The notes under the pieces were generated by a model. The model was not told where the DNA came from. It saw nothing but the letters and a program-made list of their open reading frames with translations, and ran no database searches. Of a stretch of 64,000 nucleotides of DNA, positions 38,660 through 47,976 are shown one piece after another (the stretch's first letter is position 1; every line of letters starts with the position of its first letter). The translations under genes and the position numbers were made by a program. This DNA is from a virus (Duplodnaviria; Heunggongvirae; Uroviricota; Caudoviricetes), in IMG/VR virus record IMGVR_UViG_3300033146_004404, positions 128,001-192,000 of that record; one strand, 5' to 3'.

Positions 38660-40834
38660 ATGAATTTACAGGCAGTAAAATTTAAAAATTTTAAAAGCTA
38701 TCCTGATGTTGAGACTGTAGTAGACTTAAGCTTCGACGGAATAAAACTTTTACTTGGCCCAAACGGTGCAGGTAAATCTACATTCTTCGATGCTATAGTC
38801 TGGGCCATCTATGGAAAAAACAAAGATGGTGTTGACGGAGTCATCAACAGAAAGACTAAGAAGAATTGTAAGGTTGAGGTATGCTTTAAAATATCAAATA
38901 GCAATTACTCAATTATTAGATATAGAAAGCATGACACAAATGGAAATAAACTATTATTTTTCAAGAATAATAAAAACATCTCACAGAGAACAACAGGAGC
39001 AACGCAGGAGTTAATAGACAATACAATTCAGATATCGTACAACACAATGATATCTTCAATAGTACTGTCATCTGAGTTGTATACTTCTTTTCTTAGATCT
39101 TCAAGATCAGATAGGCTAAAAACGATTGAATCTATTCTATCACTTAGATCTATAACAGATTACTATACGAAGTTAAGAAAGTTGAAAGGGCCTATTGACG
39201 AAAAAGTAACTGACGTTGAAAATGAAAAGAGAAAAGCAGAAGTCTCAATATCAACACTACAGGAAAGCGTTGAAGAATATAAAAGTAATACTAAAGAACT
39301 ATTATTAGGATTAAAAGCAAAGAAAGAAAAGCTTCAAGAGGATGTTTTTGATTTAACAAAGAAAATTGCTGAGTATGATAAGATTGATGTTGATAAAGAA
39401 ATAACTGCAAGAAAAACTTATGAATTAATAACAGAGAAAAATAATAAACTTAAAATAAGAAAAATAGAAGAAGGAGCAAGCAAACAAAACATTACAGACT
39501 TAACGAATCAGTATAACGATATTCTTGACGAGATTAAAAAGCTTGAAGAAATTGATATTCAAACTAACTTAGAAGAGAATAGAAAATACGAAGAAGAAAC
39601 AAAAACTAACGAAAAGATAAAAGCAGCTGTAAATAAACTACTCTTACTTAAAGTTGAAACTAGCGAAACTAAGAAATCAATAGCAGAAAAGAAAAGACAA
39701 AAAAATAAAATAGATGACGAGATTGAGTTAACTTCAGCAAATATTGATGTTTGTCCAGTATGTGGTTCTGTGGGGCAAGAAGAAAAAATAAAAGAGTTTA
39801 TAAAGGTGAAGCAGGCAAGCTCAGATAGTCTTAGCTCTACAATTACTGAGCTTGCTGAAGCAACAGTCAAGATAGATAAAAAAAATGAAGACATTGACGC
39901 TGCTATATTAAAAATAAAGAAGAAGATCGTACAGGTGTTTACTCCAAAATATGAAGAAGATTATCTTATTGAGTTAGATGATACAATAAAGGTTAAGAAG
40001 CATAAGAGCCTCATGTTAAACAAAGATATTATAAATGGAGAAAATAACAATAGAGAAATAAATAAAAGAGTTGAAGGTATAGATGCCGAGATAAAGAATA
40101 ATTCAGAAGGGATCGAAGAGCCTTCTTATCACATGGTATTCTTAAAAGATTTGAAAGAAAGAATTGAAATAATAAAAGACGAAGCAGAAGAGAAAAGAAT
40201 GGAAATTGAGAAGATTGATGTAGAGGCAAGATCTTCATATAATAAAGAATATATAGATACTATCGCAGTTAATATAGAAGCACTTAAGAAAGAACTTACT
40301 AAGATCAAAAAGAAGCATAATAAAGCAGTTGATGATCAGAACCATTATGAAGCTTTACTTACAATCTTTTCTAATAAAGAATCAGGTTTTAAAAAGTTCT
40401 TCATAAATAAAATGATAGGTGTGTTTAACGATAGAGTTAATTTCTACTTGCCATTCTTTTTTGACGAGCAGATAGACATACAATTTGATAAAGAGCTTCT
40501 GGATAAAATAATTGTTGACGGAGAGGAGGTTAGTTTTACTTCATTCAGTTCAGGACAGAAGACACGGTTTGACTTAGCTGTATCGTTCTCTTTGTTTATG
40601 ATGGTTAAAACATTCTTTCCTTCAACAATTAATCTTCTAGTATTTGATGAGATATTAGACATGAACCTTGATAAAAAAGGTTTTAACTCTGTTAAAGAAA
40701 TCATTGACAACTTAGGTGAGAACAATACAGTGTTTGTTGTTTCACATCAGGATTACTTAAAAGAGAAATTTCAACATAGTATAAAAATTGGAATGGACCA
40801 TAATAAATTTAGCTACATAGTTGGAGAAGATTAA
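38660..40834 (+). CDS. Recombination ATPase (T4 gp46 / SbcC / Rad50-like)
   Basis: GPNGAGKS, coiled coil with CPVC hook, FSSGQ signature, LVFDE, VSH. Confidence 0.95.
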   Translation: MNLQAVKFKNFKSYPDVETVVDLSFDGIKLLLGPNGAGKSTFFDAIVWAIYGKNKDGVDGVINRKTKKNCKVEVCFKISNSNYSIIRYRKHDTNGNKLLFFKNNKNISQRTTGATQELIDNTIQISYNTMISSIVLSSELYTSFLRSSRSDRLKTIESILSLRSITDYYTKLRKLKGPIDEKVTDVENEKRKAEVSISTLQESVEEYKSNTKELLLGLKAKKEKLQEDVFDLTKKIAEYDKIDVDKEITARKTYELITEKNNKLKIRKIEEGASKQNITDLTNQYNDILDEIKKLEEIDIQTNLEENRKYEEETKTNEKIKAAVNKLLLLKVETSETKKSIAEKKRQKNKIDDEIELTSANIDVCPVCGSVGQEEKIKEFIKVKQASSDSLSSTITELAEATVKIDKKNEDIDAAILKIKKKIVQVFTPKYEEDYLIELDDTIKVKKHKSLMLNKDIINGENNNREINKRVEGIDAEIKNNSEGIEEPSYHMVFLKDLKERIEIIKDEAEEKRMEIEKIDVEARSSYNKEYIDTIAVNIEALKKELTKIKKKHNKAVDDQNHYEALLTIFSNKESGFKKFFINKMIGVFNDRVNFYLPFFFDEQIDIQFDKELLDKIIVDGEEVSFTSFSSGQKTRFDLAVSFSLFMMVKTFFPSTINLLVFDEILDMNLDKKGFNSVKEIIDNLGENNTVFVVSHQDYLKEKFQHSIKIGMDHNKFSYIVGED

Positions 40835-41262
40835 TGGAAATAGGTAAAGAAATCGAGGCTATTTTATCAGAGATTAAGTTTAAACATGACATTGTTGATA
40901 AAGTAAAGAAAACTTTTGGGCTTGCCTATTTGAAAGACGGAGTCATCATAAAAATTTTATATAATTTTGAATTGATTGCTGAATTGTGGAGTCTATATAC
41001 TACAGCTACAGCAATTGGTGATAAAAGCATGGTGTCAACAATACTTACAGAAAATACTTCTGGAGGTATTGTTGACACCGGTGACACAATGATTAACATT
41101 AAAGATGTTAGTGCGATGGTGCCTGTTTATCGCTTCAGGAATGACACTCAAGAAGCTAGAGAAGAAATGAGTGCTAGGATGGGAGAAATGGAACTCTATT
41201 TATTTGGTTCTAATGCTTTCGACGACAATGATGAAGATGAAGACGACTACGACGACTATTAA
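40834..41262 (+). CDS. Hypothetical protein with acidic tail
   Basis: 142 aa, coupled to the gp46-like gene. Confidence 0.6.
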   Translation: MEIGKEIEAILSEIKFKHDIVDKVKKTFGLAYLKDGVIIKILYNFELIAELWSLYTTATAIGDKSMVSTILTENTSGGIVDTGDTMINIKDVSAMVPVYRFRNDTQEAREEMSARMGEMELYLFGSNAFDDNDEDEDDYDDY

Positions 41263-41292
41263 AAAAGGCAACCAATTGGTTGCCTTTTTTAA
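41259..41292. terminator. Bidirectional intrinsic terminator
   Basis: TTAAAAAAGGCAACCAATTGGTTGCCTTTTTTAA perfect palindrome that contains both convergent stop codons. Confidence 0.85.
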
Positions 41293-42785
41293 TTCATATT
41301 ATTTTTAATTTTATTTTCTGCCTCAGCTGCTCTAACTTTATTTGGTTGGTTGGTATTATTCTTTGCTTTTCTAGCGGCACTTCTCATAGCCCTACTGTTA
41401 CGTTCTTTTTTCTTATTTTCATCTCTTGCAGTTTCAGCTTTATTGTATATCTTAAGAGCTTCTGGATCCATTGGATTCATGCTAGCATATTTTTCAGCTG
41501 CTTCGGGAGAAATGTACTTAGCAACTAAAGCTTTGCCTGTAAAAGCATCTTTAACAGCAGTAGCTTTATTTGTTATTGCTTCTGTTCCTTTTTTAACATA
41601 CTTTTGATTAGCAATGCTTTGAACTATTTTTTGAGGTTTAGGTATTTTATCAAGGTTCAATCTCTTTTTAAGTGTTTTTGATGCAGCACCAAGAGCAGTA
41701 CTTTCTCGTGCGTTTTTAAACTTCTGGGTTGCTTTTATTGAAATTTCAAGATCGTATTTATTTGATACATTATTAGAAGCATTTTTAAGTTTTCTAGCTT
41801 CTGACGAAGCTTTTATTCTCTTAGTAGAATTCGATTTTGATTTAAAATTTACTTGCTGATCTCTTGCTTTGTTTATAAGATTGTTCATCTCTTTATTATA
41901 CTTATTAATAAGTTTTCTATTTTTAGCTTGTATAAGAGGGTTTTGAATTACTTTGAAGCGCTCTTCAAACTTACTTAGATTTTTTTGTTTTATTGCTTCT
42001 ATTTCATCGGCGATAGAGTTAGGACTATCTTTACTCATTCTTACTTTTGAATCTGGATCTATTTCTTCAGGCTCTTCATAAGTAGATCCTTCTGCTTCAG
42101 CTTTTGCTTTTGCTTTTGCTTTTGCTTTTGCTTGATTAACCCTTGACCTGTCATATGTTGTATCTTGTTCGTTTTCAGGCTTTCCAATTGAGTTTCTAAT
42201 TTCTTCACTTTCTGCACTGGCTTGTTTAGCATTTGCTGCCATTACTGCTGGATCAGTTTCATCTGTTTTATCATCTGTTTTATCATCTGTTTTATCATCT
42301 GTAGTTTTAGTGCCTTCAGCTCCAGCTTTATTTTTATTATTTTCGGCTTTAGCTTCTCTTCTGTACTTAGTTACCGTTTTCGTTGAGCTAGTAGTAATTG
42401 CGCTAATGATTTTATCATCTATTTCTTTAGCTTTATCTTTAACGTCATCTCCAGTATTTCCTTCTGTATTGAAGTTAAGCTTCTTCATCTGTTCCTTATC
42501 TTTGCTAAGGACTGATATTGCAAAAGCTAAATCATAGAATGCTGAAGACGGGTCGTTAAAAATTTTTACCATGGCTGAAGTAGGATTCTTTTCGATTCGA
42601 GTTTTAAGTTGAAGAACAAGATCTTGATCTATCTTTTTAATCACTTCCTTTGCTTTAGCAACAACTTCAGGAATTCTTTTCCATTGTTTCCCAAGCCCTT
42701 GAGTTTTAATTATTTGTTTGAAGCTATTGTTATCTTCATTTTCATTTAATGTCTTGTTGTTATAAAATTCTCTAAAAGAGCTCAT
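41289..42785 (-). CDS. K/A-rich late protein, putative internal head protein
   Basis: N-terminus MSSFREFYNNKTLNE resembles the T4 capsid-targeting sequence; TDDK and KA repeats; triple late motif upstream. Confidence 0.6.
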   Translation of the reverse strand: MSSFREFYNNKTLNENEDNNSFKQIIKTQGLGKQWKRIPEVVAKAKEVIKKIDQDLVLQLKTRIEKNPTSAMVKIFNDPSSAFYDLAFAISVLSKDKEQMKKLNFNTEGNTGDDVKDKAKEIDDKIISAITTSSTKTVTKYRREAKAENNKNKAGAEGTKTTDDKTDDKTDDKTDETDPAVMAANAKQASAESEEIRNSIGKPENEQDTTYDRSRVNQAKAKAKAKAKAEAEGSTYEEPEEIDPDSKVRMSKDSPNSIADEIEAIKQKNLSKFEERFKVIQNPLIQAKNRKLINKYNKEMNNLINKARDQQVNFKSKSNSTKRIKASSEARKLKNASNNVSNKYDLEISIKATQKFKNARESTALGAASKTLKKRLNLDKIPKPQKIVQSIANQKYVKKGTEAITNKATAVKDAFTGKALVAKYISPEAAEKYASMNPMDPEALKIYNKAETARDENKKKERNSRAMRSAARKAKNNTNQPNKVRAAEAENKIKNNMN

Positions 42786-42808
42786 TCGTTTTCTCCATTT
42801 TTGTTTAT

Positions 42809-42844
42809 ATTACCTTTACTATTACCTTTACTATTATCTTTACT
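42809..42844 (-). promoter_or_regulatory. Three tandem 12-bp late-promoter motifs
   Basis: + strand ATTACCTTTACT ATTACCTTTACT ATTATCTTTACT, i.e. AGTAAAG(A/G)TAAT x3 on minus. Confidence 0.7.
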
Positions 42845-42872
42845 TGACAAAAAAAGAATAATATGTTATAAT
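42844..42872 (+). promoter_or_regulatory. sigma70-type promoter, copy 5 (DnaE part A)
   Basis: TTGACA-N17-TATAAT, consensus spacer. Confidence 0.9.
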
Positions 42873-42890
42873 TAATTAAAAGGAGCAAAA

Positions 42891-44180
42891 ATGGCATATT
42901 CACATCTCCACGTCCATTCCCATCTTGGGAGTCAGCTTGATGGAATCGGAACATCGGAACAATACGCTAAATTAGCAAAAGAAATGGGACATCCATCTCT
43001 AGCAATAACAGATCACGGAAAAATGAACGGTCATTACGATCACTTCCTAGCTTGTAAAAAACATGGGATTAATCCTATATTTGGAGTTGAAGCATACGTT
43101 GAATTCGAGCTAGAACGATTTGAAGAAAAGAATGGAAAACAGAAAAGAGTTAGAAATAAGAATATGCACTTAGTCCTCCTTGCAAAGAACGAAGTCGGTT
43201 ATAAAAATCTTCTTAAGCTGAACTATAAATCTATGTCTGATGAAAAACATTTCTATTACAAGAATCATATAACCATAAAAGAACTCTTTGAAAACAAAGA
43301 AGGGATAATCGTAGGAACAGCTTGTATGGGATCTCCGTTCGCAAGACTATATAGAGACAAAAAAATAGTAGAAGCAGAGAAGTTATTTAAACTATTTAAG
43401 AATCAATTCGGTGAAGACTTCTATGCTGAGTTACAAATAAATGAAATAGATCATTCCATTGATAACTTTGAAGAAGGACAGAAATCTGTAAACGCATTTA
43501 TTTTGAGGTTAGCTAAAGAGTATGATGTTCCAGTTGTGCTTACTGGTGACGTTCATTATTCAAAAAAGGGGATGGCAAAAATACAAACACTAGCAATAGC
43601 AATCAGTAGAAAAGTAACTCTTGATGAACTTGATTGGGAACTTGAAGGAAAGAGTTTGTTTTATATGGACATTCCTGACTTTAAAAAATTCAATGAAGAT
43701 TGGGGTTATGGATATACAAATCAGCAGATCGAAGAATGGTGTGAGAACACTCAGCTTATTGCTGATAGATGTGACTTTCAATACAGAGAGAGGAATAGAG
43801 TTCTCCTTCCAACGTTTTCGGAAGATGATGATGCTTTATTAATAAAAGAAAGTATGAAAGGATTAGCTGAGAAATTAAAAGTTGAAGACTTTAAACATGC
43901 TCCAAAAGAATATAGAGAAAGATTAGCGAAAGAACTTGAGATCATATTAAGGAAGGGGTTTGCTTCATATATTATGATATTATGGGATGTGTTTAATTTT
44001 GCAAAAGAAGAAGATATAATGCGAGGTCCCGCTCGGGGCAGCGGTGGTGGTTCATTACTTTTGTATGCTCTTGATATAACAACATTAGATCCAATAAAAT
44101 ATGAACTCATCTTTGAACGTTTCTTGTCGGATCAGAGATCCGTAGATGTTGTTTATGATTGGTTTGGTGAAATAAAATAA
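42891..44180 (+). CDS. dnaE: DNA polymerase III alpha, part A (PHP domain plus start of palm)
   Basis: HLHVHS, AITDHG, GVEAY, HLVLLAKN.VGYKNL, GDVHY, RGSGGGS, LIFERFL. Confidence 0.95.
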   Translation: MAYSHLHVHSHLGSQLDGIGTSEQYAKLAKEMGHPSLAITDHGKMNGHYDHFLACKKHGINPIFGVEAYVEFELERFEEKNGKQKRVRNKNMHLVLLAKNEVGYKNLLKLNYKSMSDEKHFYYKNHITIKELFENKEGIIVGTACMGSPFARLYRDKKIVEAEKLFKLFKNQFGEDFYAELQINEIDHSIDNFEEGQKSVNAFILRLAKEYDVPVVLTGDVHYSKKGMAKIQTLAIAISRKVTLDELDWELEGKSLFYMDIPDFKKFNEDWGYGYTNQQIEEWCENTQLIADRCDFQYRERNRVLLPTFSEDDDALLIKESMKGLAEKLKVEDFKHAPKEYRERLAKELEIILRKGFASYIMILWDVFNFAKEEDIMRGPARGSGGGSLLLYALDITTLDPIKYELIFERFLSDQRSVDVVYDWFGEIK

Positions 44181-44191
44181 AGGAAGGTATA

Positions 44192-44359
44192 ATGGAAAAA
44201 GAATACACAGTGAAATGCGTTGAGTGTGGCAATAAATTTAAGGCAAGGTTTGAAGCGGATAAGCTTGATGGGTATGAAACATTAGCTTATTGCACAGAGT
44301 GTAATGACGTTAAAGAAGTTACTTTATCTGGAGCTTTTCAAGCAAAGAAAAAATCTTGA
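44192..44359 (+). CDS. Small zinc-ribbon protein (55 aa)
   Basis: Manually read MEKEYTVKCVECGNKF...YCTECNDVK..., AAGGAAGG SD; below the ORF-track cutoff. Confidence 0.7.
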   Translation: MEKEYTVKCVECGNKFKARFEADKLDGYETLAYCTECNDVKEVTLSGAFQAKKKS

Positions 44360-44384
44360 CAAAAAAAGAATAATATGCTATAAT
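44356..44384 (+). promoter_or_regulatory. sigma70-type promoter, copy 6 (helicase)
   Basis: TTGACA-AAAAAAGAATAATATGC-TATAAT. Confidence 0.9.
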
Positions 44385-44391
44385 TGAGTAT

Positions 44392-45708
44392 ATGGAAGAA
44401 ACAAAAGAAAAAATAAATGATATTATCAACACTTACTTAGATGGCTTTCAAGACCTTGGTTATGAAATAACGGAAGATATAAAGAAAGCTTTGTTGTTCG
44501 CAGAATTTTCAAAAAAGAATTTAATAATTTCTGGTTCAGCGGGAACTGGAAAATCAACATTTATAGAACTATTTAAGAAAAATTCAAAAAAGTCAGTCGT
44601 AACCCTAGCCCCCACTGGGGTTGCGGCTGTTAACGCAAACGGAGTAACCATACATTCGTTTTTTAAAATGGCAATAGGTATAGCAAACAAATATTCAGTT
44701 TCAAAAGAAGCTAAAGAAGTAGTTAATAAAGTCGATGTTATTATCATTGATGAAATCTCAATGGTTAGAGCAGATCTTATGGATGCTGTAGATTCACATT
44801 TAAGAATCCTTACAGGAAACGCTGATAAGCCTTTTGGTGGAATTAAGATAGTTGCTGTTGGAGATTTATTTCAATTGCCTCCAGTAGTTCAAAGCGGAAC
44901 TCCGGACTTTGCTTATATTAGAGATAACTTTTATTCAAAGTGGTTTTTTAGTGCGCCGGAGGTCGGTGAATTTAACGTAGTTGAATTAAAGAAGATCTTC
45001 CGTCAAAGCGAAGAACAGTTCATTAATACTTTAAATAGAATTCGTGTTGGAAAGCAGTCATGGGATGATCTCAAACTAATAAATACAAGAGTAGTAACAG
45101 AAGAGGAGTTTGGTAAAGACGGAGAAGATTATATTTATTTAGCGTCTACTAATAAGACAGCTGATAACGTAAACTCCGAGAGGTTAAAGAAAATAAATGA
45201 ACCATCGTTCTTTTTTCACTCATCTACTAAGGGCGATTACCCAAAAGGGTCTATGCCAGCTCCGGAAATAATTGAGTTAAAAAAGGGCTCTCAAGTAATG
45301 ATGCTTAGAAATATAGCAGCACACAATCTTTATAACGGCCAGGTTGGAAGAGTAATTGCTTTAGGTGAATACTTTATCAAAGTTAAATTTGGGAAAGCAG
45401 ATTATGTAATTAATAAAGAAATCTGGTTGAACAATGAATACTCGTTAGTTGATGGAAAAATACAACTGAAAGAACTTGGTTCATATACTCAGTATCCTTT
45501 AAAACTTGCTTATTCAATAACCATTCATAAAAGTCAAAGTAAAACTTATGAGAAGATTTTTATTGATTTAGGTGGCGGTGCTTTCAGTGCCGGACAGACT
45601 TATGTTGCTTTATCAAGATGCAAGACTCTTAATGGAATTGGCCTTAAGTATAAAATTGAAAAAAGAGATATAATAGTTGATAGAGTTTTAAAAGAGACTT
45701 TTCTTTGA
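44392..45708 (+). CDS. Pif1/RecD-like SF1B helicase
   Basis: GSAGTGKS, APTGVAA, TIHSFF, IIDEISM, GDLFQLPPV, YSITIHKSQ, YVALSR. Confidence 0.95.
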   Translation: MEETKEKINDIINTYLDGFQDLGYEITEDIKKALLFAEFSKKNLIISGSAGTGKSTFIELFKKNSKKSVVTLAPTGVAAVNANGVTIHSFFKMAIGIANKYSVSKEAKEVVNKVDVIIIDEISMVRADLMDAVDSHLRILTGNADKPFGGIKIVAVGDLFQLPPVVQSGTPDFAYIRDNFYSKWFFSAPEVGEFNVVELKKIFRQSEEQFINTLNRIRVGKQSWDDLKLINTRVVTEEEFGKDGEDYIYLASTNKTADNVNSERLKKINEPSFFFHSSTKGDYPKGSMPAPEIIELKKGSQVMMLRNIAAHNLYNGQVGRVIALGEYFIKVKFGKADYVINKEIWLNNEYSLVDGKIQLKELGSYTQYPLKLAYSITIHKSQSKTYEKIFIDLGGGAFSAGQTYVALSRCKTLNGIGLKYKIEKRDIIVDRVLKETFL

Positions 45709-45733
45709 CAGAAAAAGAATAATTGAATATAAT
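45705..45733 (+). promoter_or_regulatory. sigma70-type promoter, copy 7 (DnaE part B)
   Basis: TTGACA-GAAAAAGAATAATTGAA-TATAAT. Confidence 0.8.
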
Positions 45734-45769
45734 ATAATATAATAGACTTATTACCGAAGGAGATAAAAA

Positions 45770-46672
45770 TTGAAGACTTGGACTGAGCTTAAAGATTTTT
45801 GTGAAAAAAGCGAACGTTTTTTAGACTTAAGCGAAGAAGAAAAAAAAAGATATAAAAAGGAAATTGCTGTAGCAAAAAGATTTTATTCCAATAAAAGAAA
45901 TCTTTTTGACGAACTTCAAATAAAAAAGGATAGAATTGATAATAGATACATAATTCCTTTTTTATTAAAGCTTACTGACTGTATTGCCAACAAAAGACCT
46001 GCTTATATTCAGGTAAAGTCAGGAGCTTCAGGAGGGATAGACATAGACACCGATTGGCAGGGTGATGGTAGAGAGAAAATCTATAATTATCTCGTTGAAA
46101 AATATGGAATAGAAAGAGTTCTTCATGTAGGAACTTTTTCAGCTCTTGGGCCGGCATCAGCAGCAAAAGATGTTTTAAGAGCAAATAAAATTGACTTTGG
46201 TAAATCAAATGCCTTCACTAAAGTTCTTGAAAAGCAAGAAAGTTGGGAAGAGAATCTTGAGAGAATTAAAGGAACAGATCAAGCCAACTGGAGATTCTAT
46301 GAAGAGAATAAAGAAGTTCTTGAAGATGTTCCTCACTTAATTGGAAAGATAAGACAGTGTTTGCCTTGGAATCAAGATGTAGATATCATTGACGAATATG
46401 GAGTTAAAACAAAAAAGCTCATAAAGTTTATAGATCCAGCCCAGGATTATATTTCTTATATGGATAAAGATGGAAATAAACAATATACTAAAAATTATGA
46501 GGTATTCCCTTCTGGAAAGAAGAAGATATATGAAATAACTACCTCAAAAGGAAAAAAGATAAGAGCGTCTGCTAATCATAAATTTTTTTTAAGAAGTGGT
46601 GAAATTAAAAGATTAAAAGATTTAAAGAATGACGATGAAATCATCATTGATAGTAATTCCGCCTCCGTGTAA
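45770..46672 (+). CDS. dnaE: DnaE part B (palm DID motif) fused to split-intein N-half
   Basis: IDIDTDW..GREKIYNYLVEKYG..RV..VGTF...LIGKIRQ then CLPWNQ...SANHKFF (intein blocks A and B). Confidence 0.9.
   Translation: MKTWTELKDFCEKSERFLDLSEEEKKRYKKEIAVAKRFYSNKRNLFDELQIKKDRIDNRYIIPFLLKLTDCIANKRPAYIQVKSGASGGIDIDTDWQGDGREKIYNYLVEKYGIERVLHVGTFSALGPASAAKDVLRANKIDFGKSNAFTKVLEKQESWEENLERIKGTDQANWRFYEENKEVLEDVPHLIGKIRQCLPWNQDVDIIDEYGVKTKKLIKFIDPAQDYISYMDKDGNKQYTKNYEVFPSGKKKIYEITTSKGKKIRASANHKFFLRSGEIKRLKDLKNDDEIIIDSNSASV
46358..46669 (+). mobile_element. Split intein N-fragment (104 aa)
   Basis: Cys1 CLPWNQDV; SGKKKIYEITTSKGKKIRASANHKF; LKDLK..DEI; then stop. Confidence 0.9.
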
Positions 46673-46699
46673 AGGTAATGTAAACACGGAGGTGGAATT
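46655..46699 (+). promoter_or_regulatory. RBS-occluding hairpin with late promoter at its loop
   Basis: AATTCCGCCTCCGTGT / ACACGGAGGTGGAATT 16-bp stem (one G-U); GTAAAGGTAAT at 46669-46679; GGAGG in the 3' arm. Confidence 0.8.
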
Positions 46700-46702
46700 T
46701 AT

Positions 46703-47572
46703 ATGAAGTGCTTAATATGTGGAGAAGAAGTAGAGAGAAGTAGTTTTCATTTTCATTTAAAAAAACATAATATGAAAATGAAAGAGTATTATGTAAAATT
46801 CAATTTTGACTTTACGAAAAAAGATTATTTAGAAAATGAATATTGTAAAAATGAAAAATCACTGAAACAGATAACAAAAGAATGTGAAGAGAAATATAAT
46901 ATTTCAAATTTAAAAAGTACTGTACTTGATTTTGCTAAAGAATTTTATATAAAAAAAAGAACTATTTCAGGTGCTGGAAAATTGTATTTTGAAAATAATG
47001 AAATTTGGAATAAAGGGTGTACGAAAAAAGATAATGCTTCTGTAGCTTTATATTCAAAAAAGAAAAAAGAGCTTTATAAAAAAGTAAGAAAAAAACTAGA
47101 AAGTTTATCTATAAGTGAATTACTAAAGTTTAATATTCAACAGAATAAAAAAATTAGAAACATACTAAGAAAAAAGCTTATAGAAAAACAAGATAATATC
47201 TGTCCTATTTGCGAAAGCAGTTTAACAAATTTAGATAAAAGATTGCAACATATCCATCATATAGACAGAGACAATTCAAATGATACAGAAGAAAATTTAA
47301 TCGTTTTGTGTGCAAGCTGTCATACAAAATTATCTGGGCACAAACACAGACTTAAAGAACTTGATTTTATATTATCTTATGATGACTTTGTTAATAATTT
47401 AGAACTTGTTAGATATGAAATATCTAAAATAAAAAAAAATAAAGAAGATATGATGTGTCAATTAGAAAGCGTTGATAAATTTGATAAAAAAAAGTATTAT
47501 GAAAATATAAAGGAGAATGGAAAATGCTCGATAAACATATCAAAATTAAAACTGACAGAATTTATTCAATAG
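46703..47572 (+). CDS. Free-standing HNH homing endonuclease between split-intein halves
   Basis: N-terminal CLIC...H...H finger; CPIC...HIHHIDRDNSNDTEENLIVLCASCH. Confidence 0.9.
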   Translation: MKCLICGEEVERSSFHFHLKKHNMKMKEYYVKFNFDFTKKDYLENEYCKNEKSLKQITKECEEKYNISNLKSTVLDFAKEFYIKKRTISGAGKLYFENNEIWNKGCTKKDNASVALYSKKKKELYKKVRKKLESLSISELLKFNIQQNKKIRNILRKKLIEKQDNICPICESSLTNLDKRLQHIHHIDRDNSNDTEENLIVLCASCHTKLSGHKHRLKELDFILSYDDFVNNLELVRYEISKIKKNKEDMMCQLESVDKFDKKKYYENIKENGKCSINISKLKLTEFIQ

Positions 47573-47964
47573 TTGAAAAAGAAGAAGAAGAAACATATGA
47601 TATTCAAAACTTTCAAGATGATTGCTTTTTAAAAGAACCAAATTTTTTTGCTGATGGTTTTCTCGTTCATAATTCTGGAAAGCATGCTGGTGGAATCGTA
47701 ATTAGTGACAAACCAATTTATAACTATATTCCTGTTGATAGAGTTCAGGGAGAAGTTGTTACAGCATTTCCAGAAAGTGGAAGCAACACTGTTCTTGATG
47801 AGATCGGTATAATAAAATATGATATTTTAGGTATATCAATCTTGGATGTTATATCAGAAGCTATAGGTATGATAGACGAAGACATTTATTTAATTGAAGA
47901 TGACGATGGAATTCAGAAAGCGGTCCCTGCATCTTACATAGATAACATAATAAAAAAACTTTGA
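47524..47964 (+). CDS. dnaE: Split-intein C-half (50 aa, 47524-47673) fused to DnaE part C
   Basis: DRIYSI....EETYDI...PNFFADGFLVHN|SGKHAGGIVIS...IPV...GIIKYDILG; own AAGGAG SD inside the HNH gene. Confidence 0.9.
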   Translation: MLDKHIKIKTDRIYSIVEKEEEETYDIQNFQDDCFLKEPNFFADGFLVHNSGKHAGGIVISDKPIYNYIPVDRVQGEVVTAFPESGSNTVLDEIGIIKYDILGISILDVISEAIGMIDEDIYLIEDDDGIQKAVPASYIDNIIKKL

Positions 47965-47976
47965 GGTAATTTATTC

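Noticed and set aside
42100-42305. Tandem DNA repeats (GCTTTT)n and (TCATCTGTTTTA)n
   Set aside because: They encode low-complexity KA and TDDK repeats within a CDS
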